Assembly: GCA_964629655.1 (NCBI GenBank)
Contig: CAZVQU010000001.1
Coordinates: 20,788 to 84,787 of the forward strand
DNA from: an uncultured Planctomycetia bacterium
GTDB lineage: Bacteria > Omnitrophota > Gorgyraeia > Duberdicusellales > 4484-171
Direction of reading: 5' to 3'
Length of the DNA stretch: 64,000 nucleotides
The stretch's first letter is position 1. Every line of letters starts with the position of its first letter. This document shows positions 10,949-20,336 of the stretch, piece after piece. Position numbers and translations under genes: made by a program. The notes below the pieces were generated by a model. The model did not search any database and was not told the origin of the DNA. It saw nothing but the letters and a program-made list of their open reading frames with translations.

Positions 10949-11677
10949 TTAATCCTTACCCCTAACCTTTTTAGTTGTTGCTTTTTTAAGTTCTTTCTCA
11001 TTATAAACTTTGTGGTATCTCCCTTCTCTATACCTAATGAGTTCTTCTTTTACTTTAACTTTGCCTATTCCATGAGCAAACCAAGCTGTTTCTTTAACAA
11101 TTAGAGTATCTCTGGATGTTGAAAATACCCATAAAAAATCAATTTTTAAGCATTTATCGAATTTTCCCGCTGGGACAACCACATCTTCAACACCCTTAAG
11201 TTTAGCCTTTGTCTCAACTGTTCCTGCATCTATTAACTTATTCTTGGCTGTGTAAACTTGTATCGATGCAGAAACACTATGTTCCCGATTCGATTGTAAG
11301 CCGTTAGGGAAAAAAAGTAGCGGAGGGGAAAATACAAGATATCTGTTCTCTTCTACCATTTGATCTAAACTGATTCCTGAATTACTAAGACTATAGTAAA
11401 AAATCGGTTTTTTATTTCGGTCGGGTTCATAAAGATACATTTCTTTTTTACCTAGCAACTTCCTAGACTTAATGCAGCTTAGGGAGTCAACAGAGTCTGT
11501 CTTTGCTTCCTGGGAAAATCCCTCTTCAACCACATACCCTTGATATGCCCAGCTATTTCCTACAATTAGCGGGAAATATTCTGATATATCATAAGGCGCT
11601 TGCGCATTTAAATATACATTGCTTAAAAGAATAATAACGCAACTAAAAAGAATGGTTAAAGTTAATCTTTTTACCAT
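10949..11677 (-). CDS. Secreted protein of unknown function (beta-domain family A, copy 2)
   Basis: 242 aa with a signal peptide and the same motifs as the 8030..8761 product (YDISEYFPLIVGNSW, PIFYYSLSNSG, VVVPAGKFDKCL, WFAHGIGKVKVKEE). Confidence 0.5.
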   Translation of the reverse strand: MVKRLTLTILFSCVIILLSNVYLNAQAPYDISEYFPLIVGNSWAYQGYVVEEGFSQEAKTDSVDSLSCIKSRKLLGKKEMYLYEPDRNKKPIFYYSLSNSGISLDQMVEENRYLVFSPPLLFFPNGLQSNREHSVSASIQVYTAKNKLIDAGTVETKAKLKGVEDVVVPAGKFDKCLKIDFLWVFSTSRDTLIVKETAWFAHGIGKVKVKEELIRYREGRYHKVYNEKELKKATTKKVRGKD

Positions 11678-12471
11678 TACTCATCTCCCTTTTCTCTTAA
11701 TAAAACCATCGCCGCTCCAATAGCTGCAGTAAATTGTGGATATTGCAATATCTTTATATCTCTCATAAATTCTTCTGTTAATGAATACAAAAGCCCTTTA
11801 TTTTGCGCGGGCCCTCCGTCTAAATAGATCTCTTCTTCAACATCTAAACTTCGCATTAAATCGGATAGCCTTCTTGCTATAGACTGATGCAATCCGGTTA
11901 TAATGTCACCTTTATTTACTTTTGCATACAAAAGGGATACTATCTCGCTTTCAACAAAAACAACGCATGTGCTATTAATGGTAACTTTTGACTGGCCTAT
12001 ATTTCCTAAATTTCCCAAATCAGAAACAGAAACACTTAATATATGCGCCGCTTTTTCCAAAAATCTGCCGGTCCCGGCTGCGCATTTGTCGTTCATTTTA
12101 AAATCCACAATTTTACCATCAGAAGAGATCTTAATAACTTTAATATCTTGCCCTCCTACATTGACAACTGTCCTTGCTGTTCCATTACTTAAATGATAAG
12201 CCCCCACGCCGATTGCTGTAATTTCGTCTACAACTCTCTCTCTATCGGGAAAAATACGTTTACCGTAACCAGTAGTAGCCACTCCTAAAATTTTTTCCTT
12301 TGACAAAGAGAGTTCTCCTAACCCCTTCATTAAAAGATTCTTTGATACCTTAGTGCTTTCAAAGGTAGCAGGAGCAACTTTTGACCAAAGCAATCTTCTC
12401 TTTTCATCAATAAAAACAACTTTAATTGCGGCTGTGCCCAAATCAACTCCTGCAGCTACCATTTCCCTCAC
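11677..12471 (-). CDS. BadF/BadG/BcrA/BcrD-type ATPase; HgdC/YjiL-like CoA-substrate-specific enzyme activase
   Basis: 264 aa: AGVDLGTAAIKVV actin-like ATPase N-terminus and the CAAGTGRFLE motif characteristic of [4Fe-4S]-bridged dehydratase activases. Confidence 0.8.
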   Translation of the reverse strand: MREMVAAGVDLGTAAIKVVFIDEKRRLLWSKVAPATFESTKVSKNLLMKGLGELSLSKEKILGVATTGYGKRIFPDRERVVDEITAIGVGAYHLSNGTARTVVNVGGQDIKVIKISSDGKIVDFKMNDKCAAGTGRFLEKAAHILSVSVSDLGNLGNIGQSKVTINSTCVVFVESEIVSLLYAKVNKGDIITGLHQSIARRLSDLMRSLDVEEEIYLDGGPAQNKGLLYSLTEEFMRDIKILQYPQFTAAIGAAMVLLREKGDE

Positions 12472-12482
12472 CCACCTTTTTA

Positions 12483-13709
12483 TTAAAGTGTTTCTTTAAA
12501 CGCCTCTAGCCTTGCTAAAATATTTTCCCTGTCTTCTTTCGAATAGTCTGTCTCAATTTTTATAAAACGAAAACCTTTTTCTTTTATTATCTTCTCATAG
12601 CTAAAGCTTTCTATATCGAACGGGTGGCAGCCTTTAAAAACATGGTAAACCACTCCTTTTATATCCTGTTCCTGCATTATTTCCAAAATGTTCTTCGCTC
12701 TATGTTCATTTTCAATAAACGTAGGGCAAGTACAGCTAAGTTGATATCTCTCTGCGATTGCTCTAAGAAGCTCATACTCTGAAGTATCATCATAAACTAC
12801 GCTGCCAAAAAGTCTCTCCGAAGTACACAAATCATCAGCGGCAATAAACATACCCACTTCCTCAATCAGCTCAGAAATCTTTAACTGAGGAAAGAATAAA
12901 GGCGAACCAAGAAGAAATATTCGAGGCTTTGTATTGCAACATAAATTATTATAGGCGCTACAGAATTCGTTTATCTTTTTTGTCCATGCCCCTGCATCAT
13001 CGAGCATAAAGGCATTGGCCAGAATTATGCTTTCTGTTCCAGAAATCAAGCCCTTACGCCTCATTTCAAGTAATTTTTCAAAGGCTTCCCAAGCTAACAT
13101 ATATTTATGGATTGAATTTAACAACTTTCTCTTATCAAGTCGCCTATTGGCACGTCTCTCTAAATATCGCTTTAATTCATATGTTTCTTCCAGCCATCTT
13201 TTCTGACTCTTTTGCGCTTCTTTAACATGAGGTAGCTCCATTATGTAAAAGTTGTAGTTTTCTTTACCCACCATCCCTGGCAGTTTAACTCTCCAGTCGC
13301 AAGATGTCGGAGTAATTAGCATCTCACATAACCCTTCTAATGATTGCTCACAATGAAACGCGCTTAAGGCAGACTTAATAAGAGGGCACGCCAAAACCGG
13401 CAAAGAAGATGATGAAAGCTTCTGTATAGCTAATGATCCACAGCACAATCGTATAGGGTGGAAACCTAGGGCATCGAGTAATTCCACTGGTACTGTATTG
13501 CAATATGTACCAACCACAGGTCTATCGAATCTTTCTTTTAATCTTTGAGGATAAGCAGCGAGTGAAAGGGTGTCAAGAAAATATTCAAATTCCTTAGAAA
13601 AAGTGCCTTTCTCTTTAAAAAAAACAATCTCTCGATTATACTCCTCAGCCATTTCCCTTTTAACCCGCTCTTGCATCCTTCGATTTAAATCACCGGGTAA
13701 ATTTAACAT
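12483..13709 (-). CDS. 2-hydroxyacyl-CoA dehydratase family protein (HgdB/YjiM-like, HGD-D)
   Basis: 408 aa with a C-terminal GVVYHVFKGCHPFDIESF region typical of the HGD-D family. AAGGAGA RBS 13 nt upstream of the ATG. Confidence 0.65.
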   Translation of the reverse strand: MLNLPGDLNRRMQERVKREMAEEYNREIVFFKEKGTFSKEFEYFLDTLSLAAYPQRLKERFDRPVVGTYCNTVPVELLDALGFHPIRLCCGSLAIQKLSSSSLPVLACPLIKSALSAFHCEQSLEGLCEMLITPTSCDWRVKLPGMVGKENYNFYIMELPHVKEAQKSQKRWLEETYELKRYLERRANRRLDKRKLLNSIHKYMLAWEAFEKLLEMRRKGLISGTESIILANAFMLDDAGAWTKKINEFCSAYNNLCCNTKPRIFLLGSPLFFPQLKISELIEEVGMFIAADDLCTSERLFGSVVYDDTSEYELLRAIAERYQLSCTCPTFIENEHRAKNILEIMQEQDIKGVVYHVFKGCHPFDIESFSYEKIIKEKGFRFIKIETDYSKEDRENILARLEAFKETL

Positions 13710-13760
13710 TGCTACTTATTTCTCCTTTTAAACCATTCAAAAAAATATTTTTGTGAATAC
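13692..13760. repeat. 68-bp duplicated leader element, copy 1 (RBS plus first 6 codons of the hgdB-like gene and about 50 bp upstream)
   Basis: About 96% identical to 15043..15112; on the minus strand it contains the AAGGAGA RBS and ATGTTAAATTTACCCGGT. Confidence 0.8.
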
Positions 13761-13777
13761 CTTAATACAAACATTCT

Positions 13778-14938
13778 TTATTCCGCTAAATGATAGTTCT
13801 TTCCAAGATACTCGGCTAAGTATTCTCCAATAACTCGATGGCTGAATTCATTTAAGTGAGTATCTATTTCAAAAAATAATGAATTAAAACTCGAAGCTCG
13901 ATCTAAAATAGTAACTAAATCTAGATGGGAAATATTCAGAGTGTGGCAGAAATTAACAATATATTCCTCTAACTCCTTCTTGCTATATTCCACCACTAAA
14001 AGTGGTACTTTGTGGCTATCACAAAGCTCTTTATATTGTTTAAGGAGAAGGAATATTAATTTCTGGAAATATTTTTTTTTATATTTTTTTCGCTCTTGCA
14101 CTATAGACTGCTGTTTCTCGGAAATACCCTTCCACCGTTCCTTATCTCTTTCTTCCAAGCTCATCTTGACCCTCTTATGAAATATACTATAATTCAATAG
14201 AGACAATAACCTGCTTTTTCCAAAAATAGCCCCTTTGGCCCATTTGCCTGCGTTTTTTAGAGATACTTTAAGTGCATCATTATTTTTTTGGCTACCCAAT
14301 GCATCTTTAACAAAATCTACATCTTGCAATATGAGCTTAGTTTCATCTTCGTTAAGAACAAATCTCGGTTTGAATGCACCCCAGGGAGTTATAAAATCGC
14401 TGCTTCGCTCAAGAAAATAATCAGATACAAATAATACGACTAAATCTGGATTATATCTAAATCCATCTTTTTTTAGCTGCAATAGTGACTGGCCAATCCC
14501 GAATCCCGAAATTCCCATATTTACCACTTCTACATGTTCCAAAGATTGCTCGATTATGTCCGTAAAGCGCTGGCCATAATTTATACCCCACCCAAGCACA
14601 GTGGATTCACCTAAGGCAATTATCCTGAATTCTTGGGCAGGCTTCTGGAAAGGAATCTCTTTATCTCTTATACCTTGAGAATTTATAGAATAAACAACAT
14701 CGAAATCTGAAGTAATAACGCGGTCTTTCACATAAGGCTTTAATTTCCACCCCAGGTATTTATCAAACCTTGGTGCGCTATGGTAATGTCTCAACATAGA
14801 TTCCATATATTCTATTTTTTCATCTAATTTCGTTCTCTTTATGTATCTATCAGCGGCTACTTCTGCAATTACAGCACCTATAAATAATCCTGCGATTACA
14901 AGGAGTACCTTACGGAAAGATTGTTTTGCCTTCACCAC
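13778..14938 (-). CDS. Membrane-anchored SGNH/GDSL-family hydrolase (second copy)
   Basis: 386 aa with an N-terminal TM helix, IIALGESTVLGWG block I and DTHLNEFSH block V. Confidence 0.5.
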   Translation of the reverse strand: MVKAKQSFRKVLLVIAGLFIGAVIAEVAADRYIKRTKLDEKIEYMESMLRHYHSAPRFDKYLGWKLKPYVKDRVITSDFDVVYSINSQGIRDKEIPFQKPAQEFRIIALGESTVLGWGINYGQRFTDIIEQSLEHVEVVNMGISGFGIGQSLLQLKKDGFRYNPDLVVLFVSDYFLERSSDFITPWGAFKPRFVLNEDETKLILQDVDFVKDALGSQKNNDALKVSLKNAGKWAKGAIFGKSRLLSLLNYSIFHKRVKMSLEERDKERWKGISEKQQSIVQERKKYKKKYFQKLIFLLLKQYKELCDSHKVPLLVVEYSKKELEEYIVNFCHTLNISHLDLVTILDRASSFNSLFFEIDTHLNEFSHRVIGEYLAEYLGKNYHLAE

Positions 14939-15042
14939 TATGCACCCATATCGATTTTTTTAAAATACAATAGTAAAACACTGTTAAGCAAATAATAAAA
15001 CCCTTCTTTCTTAACCTTTTTCTGTATTTTTCTTTTCATTCT

Positions 15043-15112
15043 ACCGGGTAAATTTAACATTGCTACTTATTTCTCTTTTTAAACCATTCAAAAAAATATT
15101 TTTTTGAAGAGG
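15043..15112. repeat. 68-bp duplicated leader element, copy 2 (overlaps the 3' end of the polyferredoxin CDS, upstream of the SGNH gene)
   Basis: Same sequence with one substitution (RBS becomes AAGAGA) and a poly-T length change; it supplies the last 13 codons of 15063..16043. Confidence 0.8.
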
Positions 15113-16043
15113 AAAAGATGTTTTTTCTCAAAAATTTAAGAGACAGCGTTTTATTTTGGGAGCATGCCTCTATACATTTTAGACAAAGAATGCAACCGTC
15201 TTCAGTGACATTGTCTTTTTTTTTCTCTAAATAAACTTCTTTTATATCCATTGGGCACACCCGCCAACAATTCCCACAACTTGTGCAAGAGTTTATTTTC
15301 TTCTTAAGTTGTAAGAAGCTTGCCTTGTTGAATACATCAATAAGAACGCCGACTGGACATAAGATACAAAAAAAGCGTTCTCGAAAAACTATTCCTACAA
15401 AAACTGCTCCTGCAATAACCGATGTAGCTATGCTTGTCCAAAATCTCCCTAAACCAACAGTAAAATCGACTCCTATATTCAAAGGATTCCCCTCAAACAA
15501 AGGAAGAAATGTCTTGACAGGGCATATACGGCAATAAATCGGGTCGAGTTCTCTAACTCCACATGCCAAAAGCACATAAATACTTAGGAAGCTTAAAAGT
15601 AGTACATATTTAAGAATGTTTAGGCCACTTTTTGTTTTCTCGGAAAATTGTGTTTCCCTTACAGAGAGCTTCTTTCTTGCAAAAGTGACTCCATCTTGAA
15701 GTGTTCCAAACGGACATATCCATCCGCACCAAATTTTATTGAAAATAAGAACCACTAAAAAGAAACCTAAAAACAAACGCAAATATGCCCCTGCCCATCC
15801 CCACATAACGGTGTATCCGGGAAAAGGCAGCATCCCTCTCTCCTCCTCCTGAGGATCCATCCTTATCCCATATTGAGAGCGCTGCAAAGGCAATAAATAG
15901 CAGCCACTGCCATGATAACTGTCATTATTAAGACATTGAGTGCCGGGCAAAAAATTATTAAATCGCAAGCCAATATAGCCTCCGTAGATTAAAAGCAGAA
16001 AACATAAAATTTGAATTAGGTAACGAAATCTATAAACTTTCAT
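15063..16043 (-). CDS. Membrane-bound polyferredoxin, NapH/MauN/CcoG-like 4Fe-4S binding protein
   Basis: 326 aa with TM helices plus CGWICPFG, CRICPV, CILCPVG motifs and two ferredoxin motifs (CTSCGNCWRVCP; CILCLKCIEAC). Confidence 0.65.
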   Translation of the reverse strand: MKVYRFRYLIQILCFLLLIYGGYIGLRFNNFLPGTQCLNNDSYHGSGCYLLPLQRSQYGIRMDPQEEERGMLPFPGYTVMWGWAGAYLRLFLGFFLVVLIFNKIWCGWICPFGTLQDGVTFARKKLSVRETQFSEKTKSGLNILKYVLLLSFLSIYVLLACGVRELDPIYCRICPVKTFLPLFEGNPLNIGVDFTVGLGRFWTSIATSVIAGAVFVGIVFRERFFCILCPVGVLIDVFNKASFLQLKKKINSCTSCGNCWRVCPMDIKEVYLEKKKDNVTEDGCILCLKCIEACSQNKTLSLKFLRKNIFSSSKKYFFEWFKKRNK

Positions 16044-16924
16044 TATAACTTAAATCTCTTTCTTGTTACGATGGCAACGAGGGATACGATAACCAGCGAA
16101 GACATAAAAATGCTAACACCTAATCTTAAGTTTATGTCTCTACCCCTTGTTGCAATATGTTCTGAGTGTTTAAATGAAATAGTATAAGAACCTTTAAAAA
16201 TGGAGTCGCCTAAAACACGTTCAACTATGATTAAATCCTGTCTCCGTTCCTTATCTCCCTGTGGAATATAAGAAAAACTATCCACTACGCCCGTCTCTAC
16301 TTGTTGGTTTTTTCCGTTATCGCCGATTATATTTATATTTTTACAATCGAAAGGGATTTTATCAAAATTTACCGAGAACCCTATTGGATAACCTAATCTT
16401 CGGTAAAAAGTATTATCCTCCTTTGCTCGTTCCCTGTGAATATTTATTTCCAATTGCCTTTTAAAAGGGTTATTTAAAGTATTTCCCTTTGCATTATTCA
16501 AGATTGAGTCGTTGCCAAGAATAAAGAAAGACGTCTTAGCAAGATAATTATACTCTAATCCCCGCTCTGATTTAGCCATCTTTACCAAGACAGCACACCA
16601 GCGTTCCCTATCTGAATTAACTCTAATGCGGGCCCTTTTCTCTCCTTTTACAATATTTAATTTGTAAAAAATATCTTCTCCTCTTTTATTTTTTTCTCCA
16701 AAAGTATAAGCGGCTTCAATATTATCTAATCCCTCAATGCTTTTCTTTCTATCGGGGAATTGTCCATAACAAACAAAGAGATGTTGTGTCGCCATATCAC
16801 TTTTATTCCCTGCCTCATCATCATACTCTAGCCAAATGTAATCGTCCTTAGAAAAATCGGCATAGGCTATGCTGGCACTTAAATAGAGAGGTAAAACTAT
16901 GAAAATAAATAAAATATTTTTCAT
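16043..16924 (-). CDS. Exported protein with C-terminal membrane anchor, unknown function
   Basis: 293 aa with an N-terminal signal peptide and a C-terminal hydrophobic helix followed by RKRFKL. Confidence 0.4.
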   Translation of the reverse strand: MKNILFIFIVLPLYLSASIAYADFSKDDYIWLEYDDEAGNKSDMATQHLFVCYGQFPDRKKSIEGLDNIEAAYTFGEKNKRGEDIFYKLNIVKGEKRARIRVNSDRERWCAVLVKMAKSERGLEYNYLAKTSFFILGNDSILNNAKGNTLNNPFKRQLEINIHRERAKEDNTFYRRLGYPIGFSVNFDKIPFDCKNINIIGDNGKNQQVETGVVDSFSYIPQGDKERRQDLIIVERVLGDSIFKGSYTISFKHSEHIATRGRDINLRLGVSIFMSSLVIVSLVAIVTRKRFKL

Positions 16925-19161
16925 TTTTTAGCAACTATTTCTTTGAGTTCGAGAACCTCAACAAAAGAATTATTGTAACGATTCATAATATTTTTTTCTT
17001 CAGGTATCATATATTCTGTATTCATAAAAGGAATATGTGTGTGGATAGTCTTAACATGGCCTATTTTTGCAGCAATCCAAAAATTATAAATATGCATAAG
17101 CTTACCCTTCCCAAGCTCATCTTTATAAACATGCCTTGCTAAGAAATGAAGACATTTGAATTTTCCTGCCTCAACAGTTATTTCTTCTTTACCTATAAAT
17201 GAAATTTCTGCCTCTATTTTTTCCTTACCAATAAGTTTGCCGTCGTAATCAAAAATCGATTGAATAGTAGAAAATGTAATGTCTTCTTTAAGTTTCGAGG
17301 GTATTAACAAAAGTGGTGGGGAAAACTCTCTAATTACTTTTAACGGGACTTCTCCTACCAGATGCTTATTTCTGTAAAACATTACTCCTTGAGAAGTTAG
17401 TTTTCTTGTCTGGATTCTATCGTTATATTCCCCCTGGAAGAGCAAGTCGAATTGTTTTCCGGATTCCATTTGCTGAACATTCTTGATACTTACGGTTACT
17501 ATATTGCTTCTGTTATCCTCAAGATGACTATATACATATTCAACATCTTCATCCAAAGGAAAATATTCAAAAACAGAGTAGGCATCTTTTGACATTGACC
17601 CCTCTATGAAATGTAATGCTTCTTCGTTTCCATTTTGTGTATAGTCTTTTTTCAACAATAGCCACCCGTCTTCAAAGGCAACAACGCCATAGCTATCCTG
17701 TATTATAGCATGTTTTAATTTCGAATAATACTTTGTTTCGCTTAAATTGTAATAAGAATGAGTATATAAATCGACAAATATGTAATCCCATTCGTAGTAT
17801 TTCTCTATAACATGTTTATCAAATAGCCCAAAATACTTGCACCTGCCTAAATGCGGTACCAAAAATTCTGGAGCTAGACAACTTGCCTGATCAGGAATCA
17901 TTTTTAGAAACTTATGCCCAATCCGGGCATGTTTAGTTAACTTATAATCTTTGAAACTAAAGCCCTGGGTAAATGGTAAAGGCCCTAAGTTTTCAGAAAA
18001 ATTACTTTTTGGCTGAACATAGTAATGCTGAAGCAAGACTGGGACCAAGATAAACGTGGCTAATAGATTATGAAGTAACTTTCTGCTATTTTTATATTTA
18101 AAAAAAGCTTTATCTATAAAATCGATAATCCTTCCCGCCCCATATATGGCACCTGCAAAGACAAAAGCCAAGATTAAGAAATGTCCTGAGGAATGTTGGT
18201 TTCTAAGGAGAATATAGCCCGCCTCGGCAATAACTGGTAGAAGATACAGAGGGCTAAAGAAAACAAAGATATTAGGCAAACGAGAAAAAATGTAAATTAA
18301 CATATTGCCCTCATTGAACATATTCTTCATAATCAATATGGGATGGAACAAGGCATATCGCAAAGCATCAATTAGGCTATCTCCATACTGTACAAAATGG
18401 ACCATGCCTACCGGAAAAGGCCTGTTAATTAGCTTAAGGTAAACAGAACATGCGGTTATTGCAATTATCAACCAGATAAGGCTAATTTTTAATATCGCTT
18501 TTCCGTATCTTTTTCTCTCTTTAGAAAAAAGAAGAATTATACCTAAAACTAGAGTCATCAGCACAGCATCAATTTTAGATAGATTGGCCAAAATAATAAA
18601 AATAATGAATTTCTTAAAATCTCCCTTTTCGAGATAATAAAAAGCGAACAAGAGAAATGGTAAAGCTAAAGCAAGGGGTATGTATCCAAGCACTGCGCCT
18701 GTGGTTACGATTGGATGCAACAAATATGCAAGAGAGAATGTAACTGCCAGATAAGCACTATCCAGGCGTTTTTTTGTAAGTAGATACACGGGTAAAGCCC
18801 CGCTTGCTAAAAAAACGCTCTGAAAAACAAGCAATGCCTCCGGCCGGGGAAAAAGCCTATAAATAAAGGCAAGGAGGTAATTGAGGGGACTGGAGAAAAT
18901 AAGTACAGCACTATACTCCGGCAATCTAAGAACATCAAAAGGACTAACTCCTGCAGCCAATTTTGGGTATATATGTGTATATGCCCAGCCAAAGCTAGTT
19001 TGAGAAAAACTTCCAAATTTAAAAATATTAATAAGAGAAAAAAATATGATAAATATCCCAGAAGCTATAAGCACTATAGCTAATCCGAAATTACCTATTT
19101 TTTTATGATGGCTTGAAATAACCATGCTGAAGCGCAGTAATATCTTCTTACCTATTCTCAA
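16921..19161 (-). CDS. Polytopic membrane protein (paralog A) fused to a C-terminal secreted family-A beta-domain
   Basis: 746 aa. Residues from about 92 to 507 are encoded by a 1248-bp block 100% identical to one in 22914..24503. The C-terminal part carries ITVEAGKFKCLHF and WIAAKIGHVK, the motifs of secreted family A. Confidence 0.5.
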   Translation of the reverse strand: MRIGKKILLRFSMVISSHHKKIGNFGLAIVLIASGIFIIFFSLINIFKFGSFSQTSFGWAYTHIYPKLAAGVSPFDVLRLPEYSAVLIFSSPLNYLLAFIYRLFPRPEALLVFQSVFLASGALPVYLLTKKRLDSAYLAVTFSLAYLLHPIVTTGAVLGYIPLALALPFLLFAFYYLEKGDFKKFIIFIILANLSKIDAVLMTLVLGIILLFSKERKRYGKAILKISLIWLIIAITACSVYLKLINRPFPVGMVHFVQYGDSLIDALRYALFHPILIMKNMFNEGNMLIYIFSRLPNIFVFFSPLYLLPVIAEAGYILLRNQHSSGHFLILAFVFAGAIYGAGRIIDFIDKAFFKYKNSRKLLHNLLATFILVPVLLQHYYVQPKSNFSENLGPLPFTQGFSFKDYKLTKHARIGHKFLKMIPDQASCLAPEFLVPHLGRCKYFGLFDKHVIEKYYEWDYIFVDLYTHSYYNLSETKYYSKLKHAIIQDSYGVVAFEDGWLLLKKDYTQNGNEEALHFIEGSMSKDAYSVFEYFPLDEDVEYVYSHLEDNRSNIVTVSIKNVQQMESGKQFDLLFQGEYNDRIQTRKLTSQGVMFYRNKHLVGEVPLKVIREFSPPLLLIPSKLKEDITFSTIQSIFDYDGKLIGKEKIEAEISFIGKEEITVEAGKFKCLHFLARHVYKDELGKGKLMHIYNFWIAAKIGHVKTIHTHIPFMNTEYMIPEEKNIMNRYNNSFVEVLELKEIVAKK
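17641..18888. repeat. 1248-bp perfect direct repeat, copy A (inside CDS 16921..19161)
   Basis: 100% identical to 22971..24218 (offset 5330 bp) in every line compared; flanks diverge abruptly. Confidence 0.9.
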
Positions 19162-20336
19162 TATTTGAATATTTCTCCGGAAATAATTTCTTCTATAAAC
19201 TTATTATAATTATTAGCATTTTTTTGCTTGTACTCAGAATTTATTTTGACAGCTTTTTCTGCTATTTTTCTACAATAATTGCAATCTTCGCAGGATTTAT
19301 AACGGCATTTTTCATTAAAAAAATGTTCTATAAAACCGTCTAATTTTGTGTTATCTATGCATACACCCACATCCGTCAGCATATTTTTCCTATTAATCAG
19401 CTTAAAAATATTTACAGTAAAAGGGTGGAAGAAATGTTTAAACTTATGAAAGAGATTTGGCTTTTGAAGCCAAAGGCTTTTTGAGGAATTAATAAATAAA
19501 TCGTATAAATTGCCTCTATACTCTCTCTTTAAATAGGCACCCACAATAAACGCAATGGCTTCCGTAGTCATATGCCTATCTACAACTTTAAATCTTTCTA
19601 TACCTATACTCTCATAAACAGAAATATCTTCCGGTCTTATCCATGTTGCACGAATAAAATTTGCCGGTTCGGCAATCATCATGTTTCTGCACATAAACCG
19701 ACAATAATCAAACATAAAGCTGCCCAGCTTGCCCGAAGTTTGGGAAGCATGCGAAGTAATATTATTGTGATAAAAAAAGAAAGGACAGTCTTGAATACAA
19801 TCATCATTCACAATAAGCTGCAATTCACATCTTACATTTTCCTTAATGCTCTTTAATAACTTAAAATCGCGCGTTAATTGAGTCTGAGGTAAAGTTATTG
19901 TTGAAGCGCCTAGCTCTTCCCAAAATTTTGCTTTCATTACAGAATTGACATGGGCAAAACAAGAAACTGAAAGTTCAAAATGCGAATAATGCTTTTTTAC
20001 CAACTGGGCGAGATAAGGGGTTGCTGCCACAACTCCGTCTACCTTAATCTCAGATAACCAATTTAACAGCCTATGCAATTTTTTCTGACCAGCCCTGGTG
20101 AACTCCTGACCCCCCATGCAAGATGTATTTAAGAGGTAATAAAACTTCAAACCGCTTTTGTGGATTTCGGATATATGTCTTTTTGCTTTCTTTTTTGTTA
20201 CTTTCAAGGATATACATGACGGCCTTCCTCCACCTGCAAAATCTCTATCCAGTTTCCCATAGACTGTATCTACGTTTGGTTTCTTTATCTTTTCAATCAA
20301 ATCACTCTGCCAGTTTGTAGGAACGGTCAATTTCAT
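19158..20336 (-). CDS. Cys-rich protein, possibly peptidase U32 family-like (tentative)
   Basis: 392 aa; N-terminus MKLTVPTNW...LIEKIKK...VDTVYGKL resembles U32 N-terminal TIM-barrel starts, with several Cys clusters (CIQDCPFF, CRFMC, CEDCNYC). Paralog of 21821..22876. Confidence 0.3.
   Translation of the reverse strand: MKLTVPTNWQSDLIEKIKKPNVDTVYGKLDRDFAGGGRPSCISLKVTKKKAKRHISEIHKSGLKFYYLLNTSCMGGQEFTRAGQKKLHRLLNWLSEIKVDGVVAATPYLAQLVKKHYSHFELSVSCFAHVNSVMKAKFWEELGASTITLPQTQLTRDFKLLKSIKENVRCELQLIVNDDCIQDCPFFFYHNNITSHASQTSGKLGSFMFDYCRFMCRNMMIAEPANFIRATWIRPEDISVYESIGIERFKVVDRHMTTEAIAFIVGAYLKREYRGNLYDLFINSSKSLWLQKPNLFHKFKHFFHPFTVNIFKLINRKNMLTDVGVCIDNTKLDGFIEHFFNEKCRYKSCEDCNYCRKIAEKAVKINSEYKQKNANNYNKFIEEIISGEIFKY

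Noticed and set aside
12483-13709. Interpretation of the activase/HgdB pair as a functional 2-hydroxyacyl-CoA dehydratase for amino-acid fermentation
   Set aside because: Only one dehydratase-type subunit is present (bona fide enzymes are HgdA/HgdB heterodimers). No CoA-transferase or acyl-CoA genes are nearby, and the context is envelope biogenesis. An orphan YjiL/YjiM-like role is more consistent.
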